From assembly GCA_963817895.1 (NCBI GenBank), contig CAWFQB010000014.1, positions 544,001 through 608,000 of the forward strand: DNA of 64,000 bases. The letters are read 5' to 3'. This document shows, piece by piece, positions 54,533-64,000 of the stretch. Below the pieces are notes generated by a model. It searched no databases, was not told where the DNA came from, and saw nothing but the letters and a program-made list of their open reading frames with translations. Within the stretch, counting starts at the first letter, position 1. Every line of letters starts with the position of its first letter. Made by a program: the position numbers and the translations under genes. The DNA comes from an uncultured Chthonomonadaceae bacterium. GTDB taxonomy: Bacteria; Armatimonadota; Chthonomonadetes; Chthonomonadales; Chthonomonadaceae.

Positions 54533-54930
54533 CTGAGAAATCCATTCTCCGCCCTGGCGATCTACACTATTTCGTGTACGGGATTTTGTCTCAACCTATT
54601 GTGGCACACAGGGTCAGGCGAATTGAAGAAAATTCCGCCGATGCCAGTGACTCTCTTCATATCTGTCTCCTATTCGTGGGTACGAATACCCATCCCTTTC
54701 GCCCCGAAACCTGCGCAGAAGGGAGATGTTATGGCCGCAGGCTCTCCACTTTCATTTCGAGCCTGAAGAACAGAAACCATACAGCGCCAACAGCCTTGAA
54801 CAGGCTGTTAGTGGTTCCTCTCTCCCTACTCTATTTCCCAACGGCGAAGCGGAAAAGGCAGGCGAAATTTTTTACATTCTTTTTTCATTTTAAGCAGCGG
54901 CAGTCAGACACAAGCGCGCCTGGGGAATTG

Positions 54931-55425
54931 TCACCGCAACTTCGTTTCCCAGTACCAATCCACGTAATCGGTATCTACGGTTTCTCCACCCAACTGGTCT
55001 ACAAGCAATGCGATCTGTCCCCGATGGTAGAAAGCGTGACCGAACAACTGAACGACCTGCGCTTCGACCGGCAGGCGAAAACGCTCCTCGCCCCCTTCGG
55101 TAAACTCGAAGTCTTGCGCAATTCGGTCTTCATCAAGGCGCGCGAGATAGTCTGTCCACCGGCTTTCAAGGGCGTCGAAACGGGGCCGTAGCGTGGCAAG
55201 GTCACACCGCTTATCCCACCAGGCGGCGTAGACATTGCCCTCGCCATCCATGCGCTCCAGCCAGTTTTCGCGGCAGGCCGCCAGATGATCGGCGAGCGTC
55301 ACGGCTTGCTGAAAACGGGCATCGCTACGGTTCGCTTCGGGAATTGATTCGAGCATGGCGAACATCTTGTGATTGGCGTCTTTTTCGTGTTCGTACATCA
55401 ACCGATAACGTTCGAGCAGAGACAT
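54931..55425 (-). CDS. DinB family protein
   Basis: H-x-x-x-x-x-x-x-W and H-x-x-YHRGQI motifs. Confidence 0.85.
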   Translation of the reverse strand: MSLLERYRLMYEHEKDANHKMFAMLESIPEANRSDARFQQAVTLADHLAACRENWLERMDGEGNVYAAWWDKRCDLATLRPRFDALESRWTDYLARLDEDRIAQDFEFTEGGEERFRLPVEAQVVQLFGHAFYHRGQIALLVDQLGGETVDTDYVDWYWETKLR

Positions 55426-55667
55426 GGGAAACTCCTCCGATTTTGGAACCCTGCAACGCGATAGCAGGGGTTTCGCTTCTATGGTTTTATTATAGCGCGT
55501 CCTATTAAGTAAAAAGGCAGAATTCGTATTATATCTTTTAATCCTCTATCTTGTGCTACTATAGTTTGTGCTACTATCCTACGCGCATAGCCGGAGCGCA
55601 ATACCCCGCGCCATATGTTCCGGTTATACTTCACACTGCGCAGTTTCAAAATCAGGAGGACGCAAGA

Positions 55668-55985
55668 ATGAAACACCTGTTCGTGACTCTGCTCACGGCC
55701 TCGATCATCGGGTTAGGCAGCCTGAACGTCAGTCCGGCGGCAGCTCAAGACAAAATGGCCCCCGGCAAAATGGCTCCGGGCAAAATGGCTCCCGCCAAAA
55801 AGGATAACCGGGCTTCCAACGTTTACGTATGTAAAGCCTGCAAAACCTACTACCCGTCCGCTTCCGCGAAAACGATGAGCTACAAAGACGCGATGGGCCA
55901 CAAACTGGCACACATGGACAAGGCTCCCGTCGGCTACAAGGATGGCAGCAAGATGAAAATGGATAAAATGCCCGGCAAAATGTAG
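55668..55985 (+). CDS. Small exported Met/Lys-rich protein with CxxC
   Basis: AGGAGG RBS, signal peptide, (KMAPG)x3, YVCKAC, MGHKL. Confidence 0.75.
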   Translation: MKHLFVTLLTASIIGLGSLNVSPAAAQDKMAPGKMAPGKMAPAKKDNRASNVYVCKACKTYYPSASAKTMSYKDAMGHKLAHMDKAPVGYKDGSKMKMDKMPGKM

Positions 55986-56211
55986 CGCCAGCAAAGCAGC
56001 GGCACACTTCTGAGACTTCTGGGCATCGCTGCTACATTGCAGAACGGCGTGACAGAGTAAAGTCTGCGCAACGCCGTTCTGCAAACCGCGGGACGCAGGC
56101 AGGCAACATCTCTTGCGCCGCTCTGCCCTGCGCTGCGCAATACCAGACGTGTTCCGGCCTGCGCTGTACCCTGTGTGAGTTCGCAATGAAACGCCGCTCA
56201 CCGATGAACGC

Positions 56212-57503
56212 GTGGTCGTCAATCCTATTCAGAATTGGATACCTGATGAAAACACCTTTTGGGACGATAGCAGAAATCGTACAGCGACAGGCGTATCAGG
56301 AAGTCATTCTGTTCGACAAACATCAAATTCGGAGGGGAAAATAATCCAGAATTACATGGATCAGATACTTGCCGACCCCGCCTTCACCGGCGCTGTCGGC
56401 ACGATTGATGCTGAAGTCTGTGTTGCTTTTGACCGGGCGCGTCTGCGCTGTACCTATAATGAAAAGGACTGGCTGAAAGCGCAGGTACAGCAGGCCGGCG
56501 GCAGCCTGACATTTCTGACCGACCTGAAGCAGTGGCAGTTAAGAGGGATAAGGCCGGATGAACTTCCCGAAGCCCTTCAGCGTTTTGTCGTATATCGTGG
56601 CTGCGCGTACGCTTTCGTCTGGTATCGGAGTGACAGCCCCGCGTTACGAAGTTTCCTTGATCGGCTTAATAGAGGCTTCAAAATTTATCCCATAGTTTAT
56701 GATGCCGCCCGGCACGAGTTCCTGATTACGCAACAACCCCACCACCCCGGCCACTTTACAGAACCCGATTCTCTCCTCCATCCCGTTCTTCAAACGCTTA
56801 CTCCTGACCCGATGCGGACTATGACCGTCACGGAAGACGTTCGGGCCATGCAGCGTCAGAACGCGGCCTATCACGGCTTTCTTGTAAACGAGTACGGCAA
56901 AAATCTGTTTGAACAGGTTGTGCTTCCCCGGATTTTGATAAACTTCGGCGTGGGCGCCTGCTTTTTCCCGTGGATGTAGACCGTATTTTTTACTCCCTGA
57001 CCGCAGGGGAATACGAGTTCTGGGCCTTCGAGATTAAACACAAATACCCGAATGTACCCGCCTACGGCCAGCCAGCCTATTTTGGCCTGAACCTCGGAGA
57101 ACAGGCCGTGCTGGAACGGCTTCTGGCCTGCGACATCAAAATCATGCACACCATCCTGGTAAAACCGGTATGGGATGATACGGTATCCACGATGTCCATG
57201 TATACCAACAACAAACTGCGCGACGCGGCCCTGTTGATTTACCGTATTTTCGATGCTCCCTACATGGATACACTGCGCTCCCGGCCGGTTCTGCAATCTG
57301 GAGGCAAGACGACGGTGACCGGCAGAGGCAAACTCTCCTACCGCGCTCTTCCCGTCAACGAGTTTTATGAGATTGGGCCATTCTCTGCGCCTCAGAGTGA
57401 AACGGCTTCGGCGCTGGCTCACATTCTGCGGACTTCTGCGGCAACAGGCGAAATCGGCGTCACAACCCGGAGGCTGCATAGCCTGCGACAGCAAAATTTC
57501 TGA
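56212..57503 (+). CDS. Hypothetical protein, putative PD-(D/E)XK nuclease (frameshift near 56965; start uncertain)
   Basis: ORFs 56212..56979 and 56970..57503 overlap at a T5/C3 run; DVD-x14-FEIK motif. Confidence 0.5.
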
Positions 57504-57639
57504 CGCGCCTGTCCCTGAATCGGCGCAGTGTGATGCCCTGTCTGTTTATCTATCCTGCCATTGCCCGATTCATGCAGGAACCGGCGCGTTTGTGGCGAAC
57601 TACACAACGGATTATCAACCTTTTTCAATGGAGCATGGC

Positions 57640-58578
57640 ATGAAAACACGGGCGATTGGGGCGTTGCAGGCGACGGTAGTAGGCGTGGGCTGCAATAACT
57701 TCGGCGGGCGATTGGATGCGGACGCGACGGCGCAAGTGGTACATGCCGCGCTGGATGCTGGCATTAACTTTTTCGATACCGCCGACATTTACGGCGGCAC
57801 GAAAAGCGAGGAGTTTTTGGGGCAGGCGTTGGGCAGCAGGCGCGACGACATCCTGATTGCCACAAAATTCGGCATTAAACTGGATGAGGCCCGATTGGGC
57901 GGCGCGGCTCCCGGTTATATAGAAACGGCGGTTGAGGACAGCCTGCGCCGGTTGGGAACGGATCGCATTGACCTGTACCAACTGCACACGCCGGACAAAA
58001 ATGTTCCCATTGCCGACACGCTGGCCGCGCTCGACAAAGCGGTACAGGCGGGCAAAGTTCGCGAAATCGGCTGTTCCAATTTCACCGCCGAACAACTGCG
58101 CGAAGCCGAAGCCGCCGCCAAAACCGGGGCGCGTTTCGTCAGTGTCCAGAACCACTACAGCCTGCTGCATCGAGAACCGGAACAGGATGGCGTACTGACC
58201 GAGTGCGAACATCTCAATCTCGCCATGCTCCCCTACTTTCCCCTTGCCAACGGCCTGCTGACGGGCAAATTTCGCAAGGGCCAGCCCCGTCCCGAAGGAA
58301 CCCGTCTTTCCGGCGCGAATGGCGATAAATGGCTGACCGACCAGAACCTCGACCTTGCCGAGAGCCTGCTTGCGTTTGCCGAATCGCGCGGCCATTCGCT
58401 GCTGGAACTGGCGTTCGCGTGGCTTCTGGCGCAGCCAACCGTTGCATCCGTGATTGCGGGCGCGACCAAAGTAGAACAAATCCATGCCAACGCTGCCGCC
58501 GCCGACTGGCAATTGAGCCATGAGGAACTCACACAAATCAATCGGATTCTCACTGTCTTGGACAAGGTTGCCGTATGA
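57640..58578 (+). CDS. Aldo/keto reductase
   Basis: GCNNFG, FDTADIYG, ATKFG, DLYQLH, GCSNF, PYFPLANGLLTGK. Confidence 0.93.
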   Translation: MKTRAIGALQATVVGVGCNNFGGRLDADATAQVVHAALDAGINFFDTADIYGGTKSEEFLGQALGSRRDDILIATKFGIKLDEARLGGAAPGYIETAVEDSLRRLGTDRIDLYQLHTPDKNVPIADTLAALDKAVQAGKVREIGCSNFTAEQLREAEAAAKTGARFVSVQNHYSLLHREPEQDGVLTECEHLNLAMLPYFPLANGLLTGKFRKGQPRPEGTRLSGANGDKWLTDQNLDLAESLLAFAESRGHSLLELAFAWLLAQPTVASVIAGATKVEQIHANAAAADWQLSHEELTQINRILTVLDKVAV

Positions 58579-61103
58579 AATTTTCTTTGCTCTGTTTTGT
58601 CTTGTTGTCGCTTTGCCTGCGGCCTGCCTTTTCGCAGGGTACGCAGGCGGATTATGACCGCGCCAATCATCTTGACCGCTTGTTTGGGGGCAAGGTGTCG
58701 CGCGGGGCCGTTCGTCCCAACTGGCAGGAGGGCGGCAATCGTTTTTGGTATCGCAATGATCTGGCGGATGGCAAGCGCGAGTATATCCTCGTTGATCCTG
58801 CCGCGCCCTCGAAAAAGCCCGCGTTTGACCATGTTCGCATGGCTCGCGCGCTTTCCGAAACGTTGGGCAAACCTGTTGCGGCGGAACGTTTGCCCCTTGA
58901 CAGCCTTGCCTTTGCGCCCGACAACAAGACTCTGCGCGTTCAGGTACAGGGCAAAACCTACGCCTGCGACCTGCAAACCTACGCCCTGCGTCTGGAACCG
59001 AAAGCGATTGTTCAGGCGAATGGGCTTGCGCCGGATGCGGGGCCGCGCAGTTCGCTGCGAACGGGCGACGAAACCACGCTCACCTTCCAGAACGATCTCA
59101 AAGAGAGCATCGCGCTTTTCTGGCTGGATACGGAGGGGCAGCGCAAGCCGTATGGAACCCTCAAACCGGGCGAACGGCGCGATCTGCACACGTATGCCGG
59201 ACATGTCTGGCTTGTCGTTGACAGCGGCGGCAAACCCCTTTCCAAATGGGTCGCGCAGGACACGGCGGATGTTGCTGTTATCAACGGCGTCGCGCTTGCC
59301 ACTGCCCCGCGCCCGCGCCGTCAACGTAATCGCAGTGATGGCTCCACCTCCCCGGATGGCAAATGGCGCGTTGTCCTGCATGACAGCAATGTGTTTCTGG
59401 CAGACGCGCAGAGTGGACAGGAGACGCGGCTGACACAGGATGGAACGCCCGATGACCGCTACAATGAAGGGCCATACTGGTCGCCCGACTCGTCTCATTT
59501 TGTGGTGATGAAGACCATTCCCGCGCAGGAACATAAAGTGTATCTGGTTGAGTCTTCGCCCAAAGATCAGGAACAGCCTAAAGTTCATATCAATGACTAT
59601 TTGAAACCCGGTGACCGTATCGCGCATCCCCGCCCGCATCTGTTCGACGTAAACGCCAAACGCGACATTCCTCTTTCCGACACGCTGTTTCCCAACCCGT
59701 GGGAAATTAACGACCTGCAATGGGAACCGGATTCTCATCGTTTCACGTTTCTGTACAATCAGCGCGGGCATCAGATCATGCGGCTTGTAGGCGTGGATGT
59801 TCCCTCCGACGCGACAAAATCCGGGGACATAAAAGCGGTCATTGATGAGCAGGCGAAAACGTTCATTGACTGGACGAACAAGGTGTATCTGCATCGCCTG
59901 CCTCCCACGCATGAAGCCGTCTGGATGTCGGAACGGGACGGCTGGAACCATCTGTATCTGTACGATACGGCATTGGGAACGGTCAAAAACCAGATTACGA
60001 AGGGCAATTGGGTTGTGAGGGGCGTGGATCGGGTTGATGACGCGAAACGGCAGATATGGTTCCGGGCGGGTGGAATCGCGCCGGGGCAAGACCCCTATTA
60101 CATCCACTATTGCCGGGTCAATTTCGATGGAACCGGGCTTGTGGATTTAACGCCCGGGGACGGTACGCACACCCTTGCCGCTTCACCCGATGGCGCGACT
60201 TTTGTGGATACGTATTCTCGCGTGGACATGCCACCCGTTTCGGAGTTGCGGCGAATGAGCGACGGGAGCAAGGTTTTGGATTTGGAAAAGGCGGATGCTT
60301 CGGCACTAACGGCTGCCGGCTGGAAAGCGCCGGGACGCTTTGTTTCCAAAGGGCGCGACGGCGTGACCGACATTTACGGCGTGATTGTCCGCCCGACAAA
60401 CTTCAACTCCAACCGCAAATACCCGGTTGTGGAAAACATCTACGCGGGGCCGCAGGGTTCGTTCGCGCCGAAAGCGTTCGCGCCCAACAACGGTTTGCAG
60501 GCGATGGCGGAACTGGGCTTCATCGTAGTCCAAATGGACGGCATGGGAACCAACAACCGCTCCAAAGCCTTCCATGACGTGTGCTGGCAAAACCTTGCGG
60601 ACGCGGGCTTCCCGGATCGCATCCGCTGGATACGGGCGGCAGGGGCGAAATATCCCTACATGGATTTGAACCGCGTGGGCATTTACGGCACATCGGCGGG
60701 CGGGCAGAACGCTTTGGGCGGATTATTGCTGCACGGGGATTTCTATAAGGCGGGCGTGGCGGACTGCGGCTGCCATGACAATCGCATGGATAAAATCTGG
60801 TGGAACGAGCAGTGGATGGGCTGGCCGGTCGGCCCGCAATACGCCGCGAACTCGAATGTCACCCTCGCGCCGAAACTGACGGGCAAACTGCTGCTCATGG
60901 TGGGCGAAATGGACACGAACGTAGACCCCGCCAGCACGATGCAGGTCGTGAACGCGCTCATCAAAGCCGACAAAGATTTCGAGTTGCTCGTCATGCCGGG
61001 ACAGGGACACGGCGTGGTCGGCTCTCCCTACGGCAAACGGCGATTGCAGGATTTTCTCGTCCGCAGCCTGCTCAACGTGGAACCCCGCGCTGTAGTTCAA
61101 TAA
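58575..61103 (+). CDS. S9 family peptidase (DPP IV-type) with inserted VHL-beta-like domain
   Basis: Signal peptide, SERDGWNHLY, IYAGPQ, GTSAGG (Ser), DTNVD, GH. Confidence 0.9.
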   Translation: MKFSLLCFVLLSLCLRPAFSQGTQADYDRANHLDRLFGGKVSRGAVRPNWQEGGNRFWYRNDLADGKREYILVDPAAPSKKPAFDHVRMARALSETLGKPVAAERLPLDSLAFAPDNKTLRVQVQGKTYACDLQTYALRLEPKAIVQANGLAPDAGPRSSLRTGDETTLTFQNDLKESIALFWLDTEGQRKPYGTLKPGERRDLHTYAGHVWLVVDSGGKPLSKWVAQDTADVAVINGVALATAPRPRRQRNRSDGSTSPDGKWRVVLHDSNVFLADAQSGQETRLTQDGTPDDRYNEGPYWSPDSSHFVVMKTIPAQEHKVYLVESSPKDQEQPKVHINDYLKPGDRIAHPRPHLFDVNAKRDIPLSDTLFPNPWEINDLQWEPDSHRFTFLYNQRGHQIMRLVGVDVPSDATKSGDIKAVIDEQAKTFIDWTNKVYLHRLPPTHEAVWMSERDGWNHLYLYDTALGTVKNQITKGNWVVRGVDRVDDAKRQIWFRAGGIAPGQDPYYIHYCRVNFDGTGLVDLTPGDGTHTLAASPDGATFVDTYSRVDMPPVSELRRMSDGSKVLDLEKADASALTAAGWKAPGRFVSKGRDGVTDIYGVIVRPTNFNSNRKYPVVENIYAGPQGSFAPKAFAPNNGLQAMAELGFIVVQMDGMGTNNRSKAFHDVCWQNLADAGFPDRIRWIRAAGAKYPYMDLNRVGIYGTSAGGQNALGGLLLHGDFYKAGVADCGCHDNRMDKIWWNEQWMGWPVGPQYAANSNVTLAPKLTGKLLLMVGEMDTNVDPASTMQVVNALIKADKDFELLVMPGQGHGVVGSPYGKRRLQDFLVRSLLNVEPRAVVQ

Positions 61104-61144
61104 CGCCGGTTCGAGAAAAAGGTATCTAAACGGCAGGTTCACCC

Positions 61145-64000
61145 CTATTCCGCAATCTCCTCCGTCTCGGCCTCTTCGACAGGAGGCGCGCTGCCCAGAA
61201 CGCGGGCGCGGTCAGCAGGATCGGCAATGCCGTACAGGTCGAGTACGCGCCGATCTATCATCGCGTCCGTGTCGGCAATGGCGTTCAGGCGGGTTGTGAT
61301 GGTTGCCGTAACCTGCGCTTCGCGCGCGAACAGACGGTGCAGGGCGTCCGCGTCGGCAGGCAGCAGGGCGGTGTCGCTGATCTCGTCCCACGAACGCGCC
61401 TGCCACTGCGGACGCGCCAGATAGTTGAGGAGGTAGCGCCGAACGTCCGCGCTGTCCACGTCCAGCCATAGTTGATTGGCGCGGAGGACAACCGTATTCG
61501 GAAATTTGTTCGGCGTGAACACCCGCCCGATTTGCGCGGACACATCGCAGGCTTCGGGGATACGCAGCAGGTTCATAGCGCGGGCGTCGAACAGGGACAC
61601 GACGGGAAAGTTTTTGTCCTGTGTCTGCAACTCGCGCAGCAGCGTGTCGTAGGGAGTCTGAATATCGGGCGTCCCATCGCGCCGCGTTCGGATAACATAG
61701 CCCTGTTCGCGCAACACATTCAGCGCGGCGTGATGCGCCAGAAGTTCGTCTACATGCGCGACAAGTTCACCCTGCGTCGCGGCGTCTGCGGGATAGATAG
61801 GTAATTGCCGGAAGTACGCAGGGGTGACATGGACGTTTTCATATTGACGCGCATACCAGTAGTTCAGCAGAGATGAATTGAACAGCGCCAGTATATACTT
61901 GAGGTCGTATGCCGGGTCTGAAGCGATTATATTGTTGAAATTCTTACGGTGGTAGAACTTTTGTTCGTCATAAGTTGCTACGAGACGCCGGTATAGCGAA
62001 CGGTCACGCATGTCTTGCGTGATAAGTTTAGGGGTGTCGAAAAAGCGTTGTTCTCGCGCGCGGCACAGCCAATTGCCATACTTGATATAAGGATGCGCCT
62101 TTCCCCAACGCTGTTCGTAGCGTCCAATAAACGCAGTCGTGTCTAGTAAAGGCTTCCATTGTGGTTCGTTAGAAGGCACTTCCCGTTGTAGTTTGATGTA
62201 GCTATTTGCTTTCCCCTCGTCTGCTGTTGTATACGGGTCAATTCCTGCACTGCTTTCCGTAATCTCGCCAAGACGAAGAATCTTCGTTGCAGTTCCGCCA
62301 GTAACAGGTACGCGACAGGCTTCTTCAACCTGTTTCAGCAGGTCATTCCAGCGAACTTTGATTTCGTGGCCTGTGGAGTCTATCCAATCAGCCTGCTTAT
62401 GCGCAAAGGTTTCCTTCCAATCTCGCGCTATGAGTTTGTCCAGTTTGTCCCGCACACCCATGCTGTAAACTTGTGTGTCTTGTGTTCGCCGCCGTGTGCC
62501 ATCACTATCTGAAGTCAGGAACAGCAACGCGCAATTAACGACCGCATCGCTCCAGATACCCTGCGGCAAATTGACAATCTGCTCAATACGGCCCGCCGTC
62601 AACAGCCGTTCACGTAATGCCTGCGTGTTGGTTCCCATCAGGTACGTATCCGGCGTAATGAAACCTAACCGCCCATTCTGGCCGAGCAGTCGCAAACCGA
62701 GCGCAAAGAAGAACACATACGTATCCGGCTGCCCGCCGAACACATCCCCGTACCACTCGCGCAGATTTATTTTGTACGAGTCGGTTAGGCCCGCGCCGTA
62801 GGGAGGATTTGCCACCACCCACGCGAAACCGGGCGCGTACTTGTCCTGCCGCGCCTTGATGCTGTCTACCACATCCAATTCTTCCGCCATCAGGGTATTG
62901 GCGCGGGCGTAGCGCAGAATGTTGGTGGACGGGGCCAGCGCGTCCACATTGTAGATATGGAACCGCTGCAAGCGCGGCGGCGTTTTGCCGTCAATCGCCA
63001 GTTTCACCAGATCAAGCACCTGTATGAGCAGGTTCACTTCCGCCAGATAACACGCGAACGGGTTCAGGTCGAAACCGTACAGATTCTCGCGCACGCTGTT
63101 GAGCAGGCTGCGCGGATTCATCGCCCCGCCCGCTTTGTACGCCGCCACCAGTCGCCGCGCCGCCTCGACAAGAAACGTGCCGCTGCCGCAGGCCGGGTCT
63201 ATGAGCCGCTTGTTCTGCCCGATGATGTCCGGTCCCGTTTGGTAGCCCGCCTCGTCCAGAATGTAGCGCACAATCGCGGGCGGCGTGTAGTATTGCCCCT
63301 TCTGTTTCTTTTCCGGGCGTTCCACATACGTGTTGTAGATCGTGCCGATGAGGTCGCTGTCCACGTCCGCGAAGTTGAAGCGGCTCAACTGATGCAGGAC
63401 GCGAATGAAGCGCAGGCGGTCGAGCGTGTACCAGTTGAACAGTTCGCGCCCCGTGAAAAAGTGGGCGTAAATGTTCTGCGCGTTCTGGTACGCCAGATCG
63501 AGGAGGGTGTTGTACGGGTTGCCCTCCACAAAGTCGAAGCGCGGATCAATATACTTTTGCCAGCCGCTCAAGCCGCCGTCCGAGAGAAAGCGATTGGGGA
63601 GGATGCCCTTGTCTTCGCAGACGCGAATGAGAAGCAGGCGGATAAACACGATGTACGTCGCCTGAAGCGCGAACTCATCCCGCCGCTGCGCCTCCTGCAT
63701 CCCGCCGAGCATAGTTTCCTGCACAACGGAAGTCCACAGCGCGTAGTTCTCATAGGTTTCGATGCTTTTGCGGTTGTCGTGCCGCAAAATGGCTTTTCTC
63801 TGATGCCATGCAAAGACAGTATTTCCGAACAGTGTCAGCGCGTCGCCCAATCCCTGTAGGCCGTTATCCCATTTCGACCACGCCTTGCCTGCCTTTTTAT
63901 CCCCGCCGAATTTGCGGGCGCGGGCCATATTGAGCGTTTCCAGAACCTTTGTTAGCAAAGCTCCCGTGTTGAGAAAGGCGAATGGGTCCCGTTCCAGTTC
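61145..64000 (-). CDS. N6-adenine DNA methyltransferase / Eco57I-like RM protein with TaqI-like C-terminal domain (5' partial)
   Basis: GQYYTP, DPACGSGTFL, NPPY, PKL...R...ATYD, YILALFNS. Confidence 0.88.
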   Translation of the reverse strand, partial: ELERDPFAFLNTGALLTKVLETLNMARARKFGGDKKAGKAWSKWDNGLQGLGDALTLFGNTVFAWHQRKAILRHDNRKSIETYENYALWTSVVQETMLGGMQEAQRRDEFALQATYIVFIRLLLIRVCEDKGILPNRFLSDGGLSGWQKYIDPRFDFVEGNPYNTLLDLAYQNAQNIYAHFFTGRELFNWYTLDRLRFIRVLHQLSRFNFADVDSDLIGTIYNTYVERPEKKQKGQYYTPPAIVRYILDEAGYQTGPDIIGQNKRLIDPACGSGTFLVEAARRLVAAYKAGGAMNPRSLLNSVRENLYGFDLNPFACYLAEVNLLIQVLDLVKLAIDGKTPPRLQRFHIYNVDALAPSTNILRYARANTLMAEELDVVDSIKARQDKYAPGFAWVVANPPYGAGLTDSYKINLREWYGDVFGGQPDTYVFFFALGLRLLGQNGRLGFITPDTYLMGTNTQALRERLLTAGRIEQIVNLPQGIWSDAVVNCALLFLTSDSDGTRRRTQDTQVYSMGVRDKLDKLIARDWKETFAHKQADWIDSTGHEIKVRWNDLLKQVEEACRVPVTGGTATKILRLGEITESSAGIDPYTTADEGKANSYIKLQREVPSNEPQWKPLLDTTAFIGRYEQRWGKAHPYIKYGNWLCRAREQRFFDTPKLITQDMRDRSLYRRLVATYDEQKFYHRKNFNNIIASDPAYDLKYILALFNSSLLNYWYARQYENVHVTPAYFRQLPIYPADAATQGELVAHVDELLAHHAALNVLREQGYVIRTRRDGTPDIQTPYDTLLRELQTQDKNFPVVSLFDARAMNLLRIPEACDVSAQIGRVFTPNKFPNTVVLRANQLWLDVDSADVRRYLLNYLARPQWQARSWDEISDTALLPADADALHRLFAREAQVTATITTRLNAIADTDAMIDRRVLDLYGIADPADRARVLGSAPPVEEAETEEIAE

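Larger units (their letters stand above)
52993..54608 (-). mobile_element. IS3-family insertion sequence (about 1.6 kb)
   Basis: Imperfect IRs TGTGTCAAGGATTTTGAGACAAAA and TGTGCCACAATAGGTTGAGACAAAA; orfA + orfB. Confidence 0.88.
52645..54660 (-). pseudogene. VOC/glyoxalase gene interrupted by an IS3-family element
   Basis: MKRVTGIGGIFFNSPDP at 54660-54610; RDPVSLRAWYRDHLG...FMINYRVDDL...YGKFAWVIDPDGNKVELWEP..* at 52990-52645. Confidence 0.85.

Noticed and set aside
54675..54703. CGTGGGTACGAATACCCATCCCTTTCGCC resembling a tRNA-Ser 3' end (att remnant)
   Set aside because: Several mismatches, does not match the local tRNA-Met, and is equally explained by small hairpins upstream of the VOC gene.

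Overview
GC-rich bacterial chromosomal window, most likely Armatimonadota. This is inferred from two prepilin-type [28 protein letters not shown] / H-X9-DG proteins, a PEP-CTERM protein, DUF1549/1553 and ASPIC/UnbV genes. It holds about 50 genes: a gap-pgk-tpiA operon, lnt, a DsbD-like protein, ABC transporter, glycosyltransferases, a CBM-containing glycoside hydrolase, S9 peptidase, bacterial translin, initiator tRNA-Met, a complete IS3-family element splitting a VOC gene, and a partial N6-adenine methyltransferase/RM gene. At least 13 genes carry single-base frameshifts, often at homopolymers; these look like long-read consensus errors rather than pseudogenes. Best leads: (1) an AT-richer two-gene cassette inside gap-pgk pairing a HEPN-like protein (internal amber codon) with a BolA-like/catalytically dead MNT-like partner, a candidate toxin-antitoxin type; (2) several coexisting palindromic and short-tandem repeat families, two arrays sitting in-frame in CDSs between short direct repeats; (3) a 100-nt four-way-junction structure upstream of the tRNA; (4) an orphan PD-(D/E)XK-like nuclease. 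All family assignments are by eye from motifs; no searches were run.
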